In this document: positions 63,734-64,000 of the stretch, piece by piece | Layout: the number at the start of each line of letters is the position of its first letter | How positions within the stretch are numbered: position 1 is the stretch's first letter | Origin: an uncultured Alphaproteobacteria bacterium | Lineage (GTDB): Bacteria; Pseudomonadota; Alphaproteobacteria; Methylaequorales; Methylaequoraceae | Assembly: GCA_902613995.1 (NCBI GenBank) | Contig: CACMJG010000004.1 | Span: forward strand, 75,563 to 139,562 | Length of the DNA stretch: 64,000 nt | Direction: 5' to 3' | Notes under the pieces: generated by a model | Told to the model about the DNA's origin: nothing | The model's database searches: none | Seen by the model: only the letters and a program-made list of their open reading frames with translations | Position numbers and translations under genes: made by a program

Positions 63734-64000
63734 TGAGAACAAAAAAAAGTTGACCTTCCTGACTGTGTAATTTTTACAATCTTATTTTTGCATTTAAAAC
63801 AACCCATTCCGTTCCTTCCATAAACCATAAGTTTATTTTTAAAATATCCAATTTTCTCATCTGAAACAACAAAGTTTTTTATTGTTGTACCTCCAAGTTG
63901 TATGGAATTTAGTAATATCTTTTTTACTGAATCTACAATCTTAGTAATTTCATAATCTTTAATTGAATTTATTGGTCTGATTGGTTTAATATTTGACCTA
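63721..64000 (-). CDS. mutM: Formamidopyrimidine-DNA glycosylase, 3' end (runs off window)
   Basis: Manual translation ...GGTTIKNF...GYF...VYGRNGMGCFKC...SGRSTFFCSQCQK*, the C-terminal zinc finger. Confidence 0.93.
   Translation of the reverse strand, partial: RSNIKPIRPINSIKDYEITKIVDSVKKILLNSIQLGGTTIKNFVVSDEKIGYFKNKLMVYGRNGMGCFKCKNKIVKITQSGRSTFFCSQCQK

Overview
A gene-dense, strongly AT-rich window of core chromosome, most likely from a streamlined free-living (probably marine) alphaproteobacterium; this is inferred from gene order and protein families, not from a database search. It holds pheT(5' end)-pheS-rplT-rpmI-infC-thrS, LPS genes (GT9, GT4, kdsD-lptCAB, hldE), hpf-ptsN, a small heat-shock gene, aroA-cmk-rpsA-sppA-ihfB-(lapA)-pyrF-trpFBA-accD-folC, tsaE-amgK-murU-exoI-trxA, a regulatory PTS cluster with ahcY, polA, a POT transporter, two tRNAs (Ala-GGC, Arg-UCG) and mutM(3' end)-rpsT-rhodanese-dnaA-dnaN-recF-gyrB. 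I saw no mobile elements, CRISPR arrays or rRNA. Best leads: (1) an HPr-Enzyme I fusion whose upstream EIIA gene ends in an in-frame A_AAA_AAG heptamer that would fuse all three PTS proteins after a -1 shift; (2) an exonuclease I gene in the usual addB-addA slot; (3) a candidate sRNA hairpin with an anti-Shine-Dalgarno loop, next to an operator palindrome, upstream of the peptide transporter; (4) a ROSE-like RNA thermometer; (5) lapA broken at a T13 run; (6) tRNA-Arg(UCG); (7) a CbbY-like phosphatase coupled to hldE.
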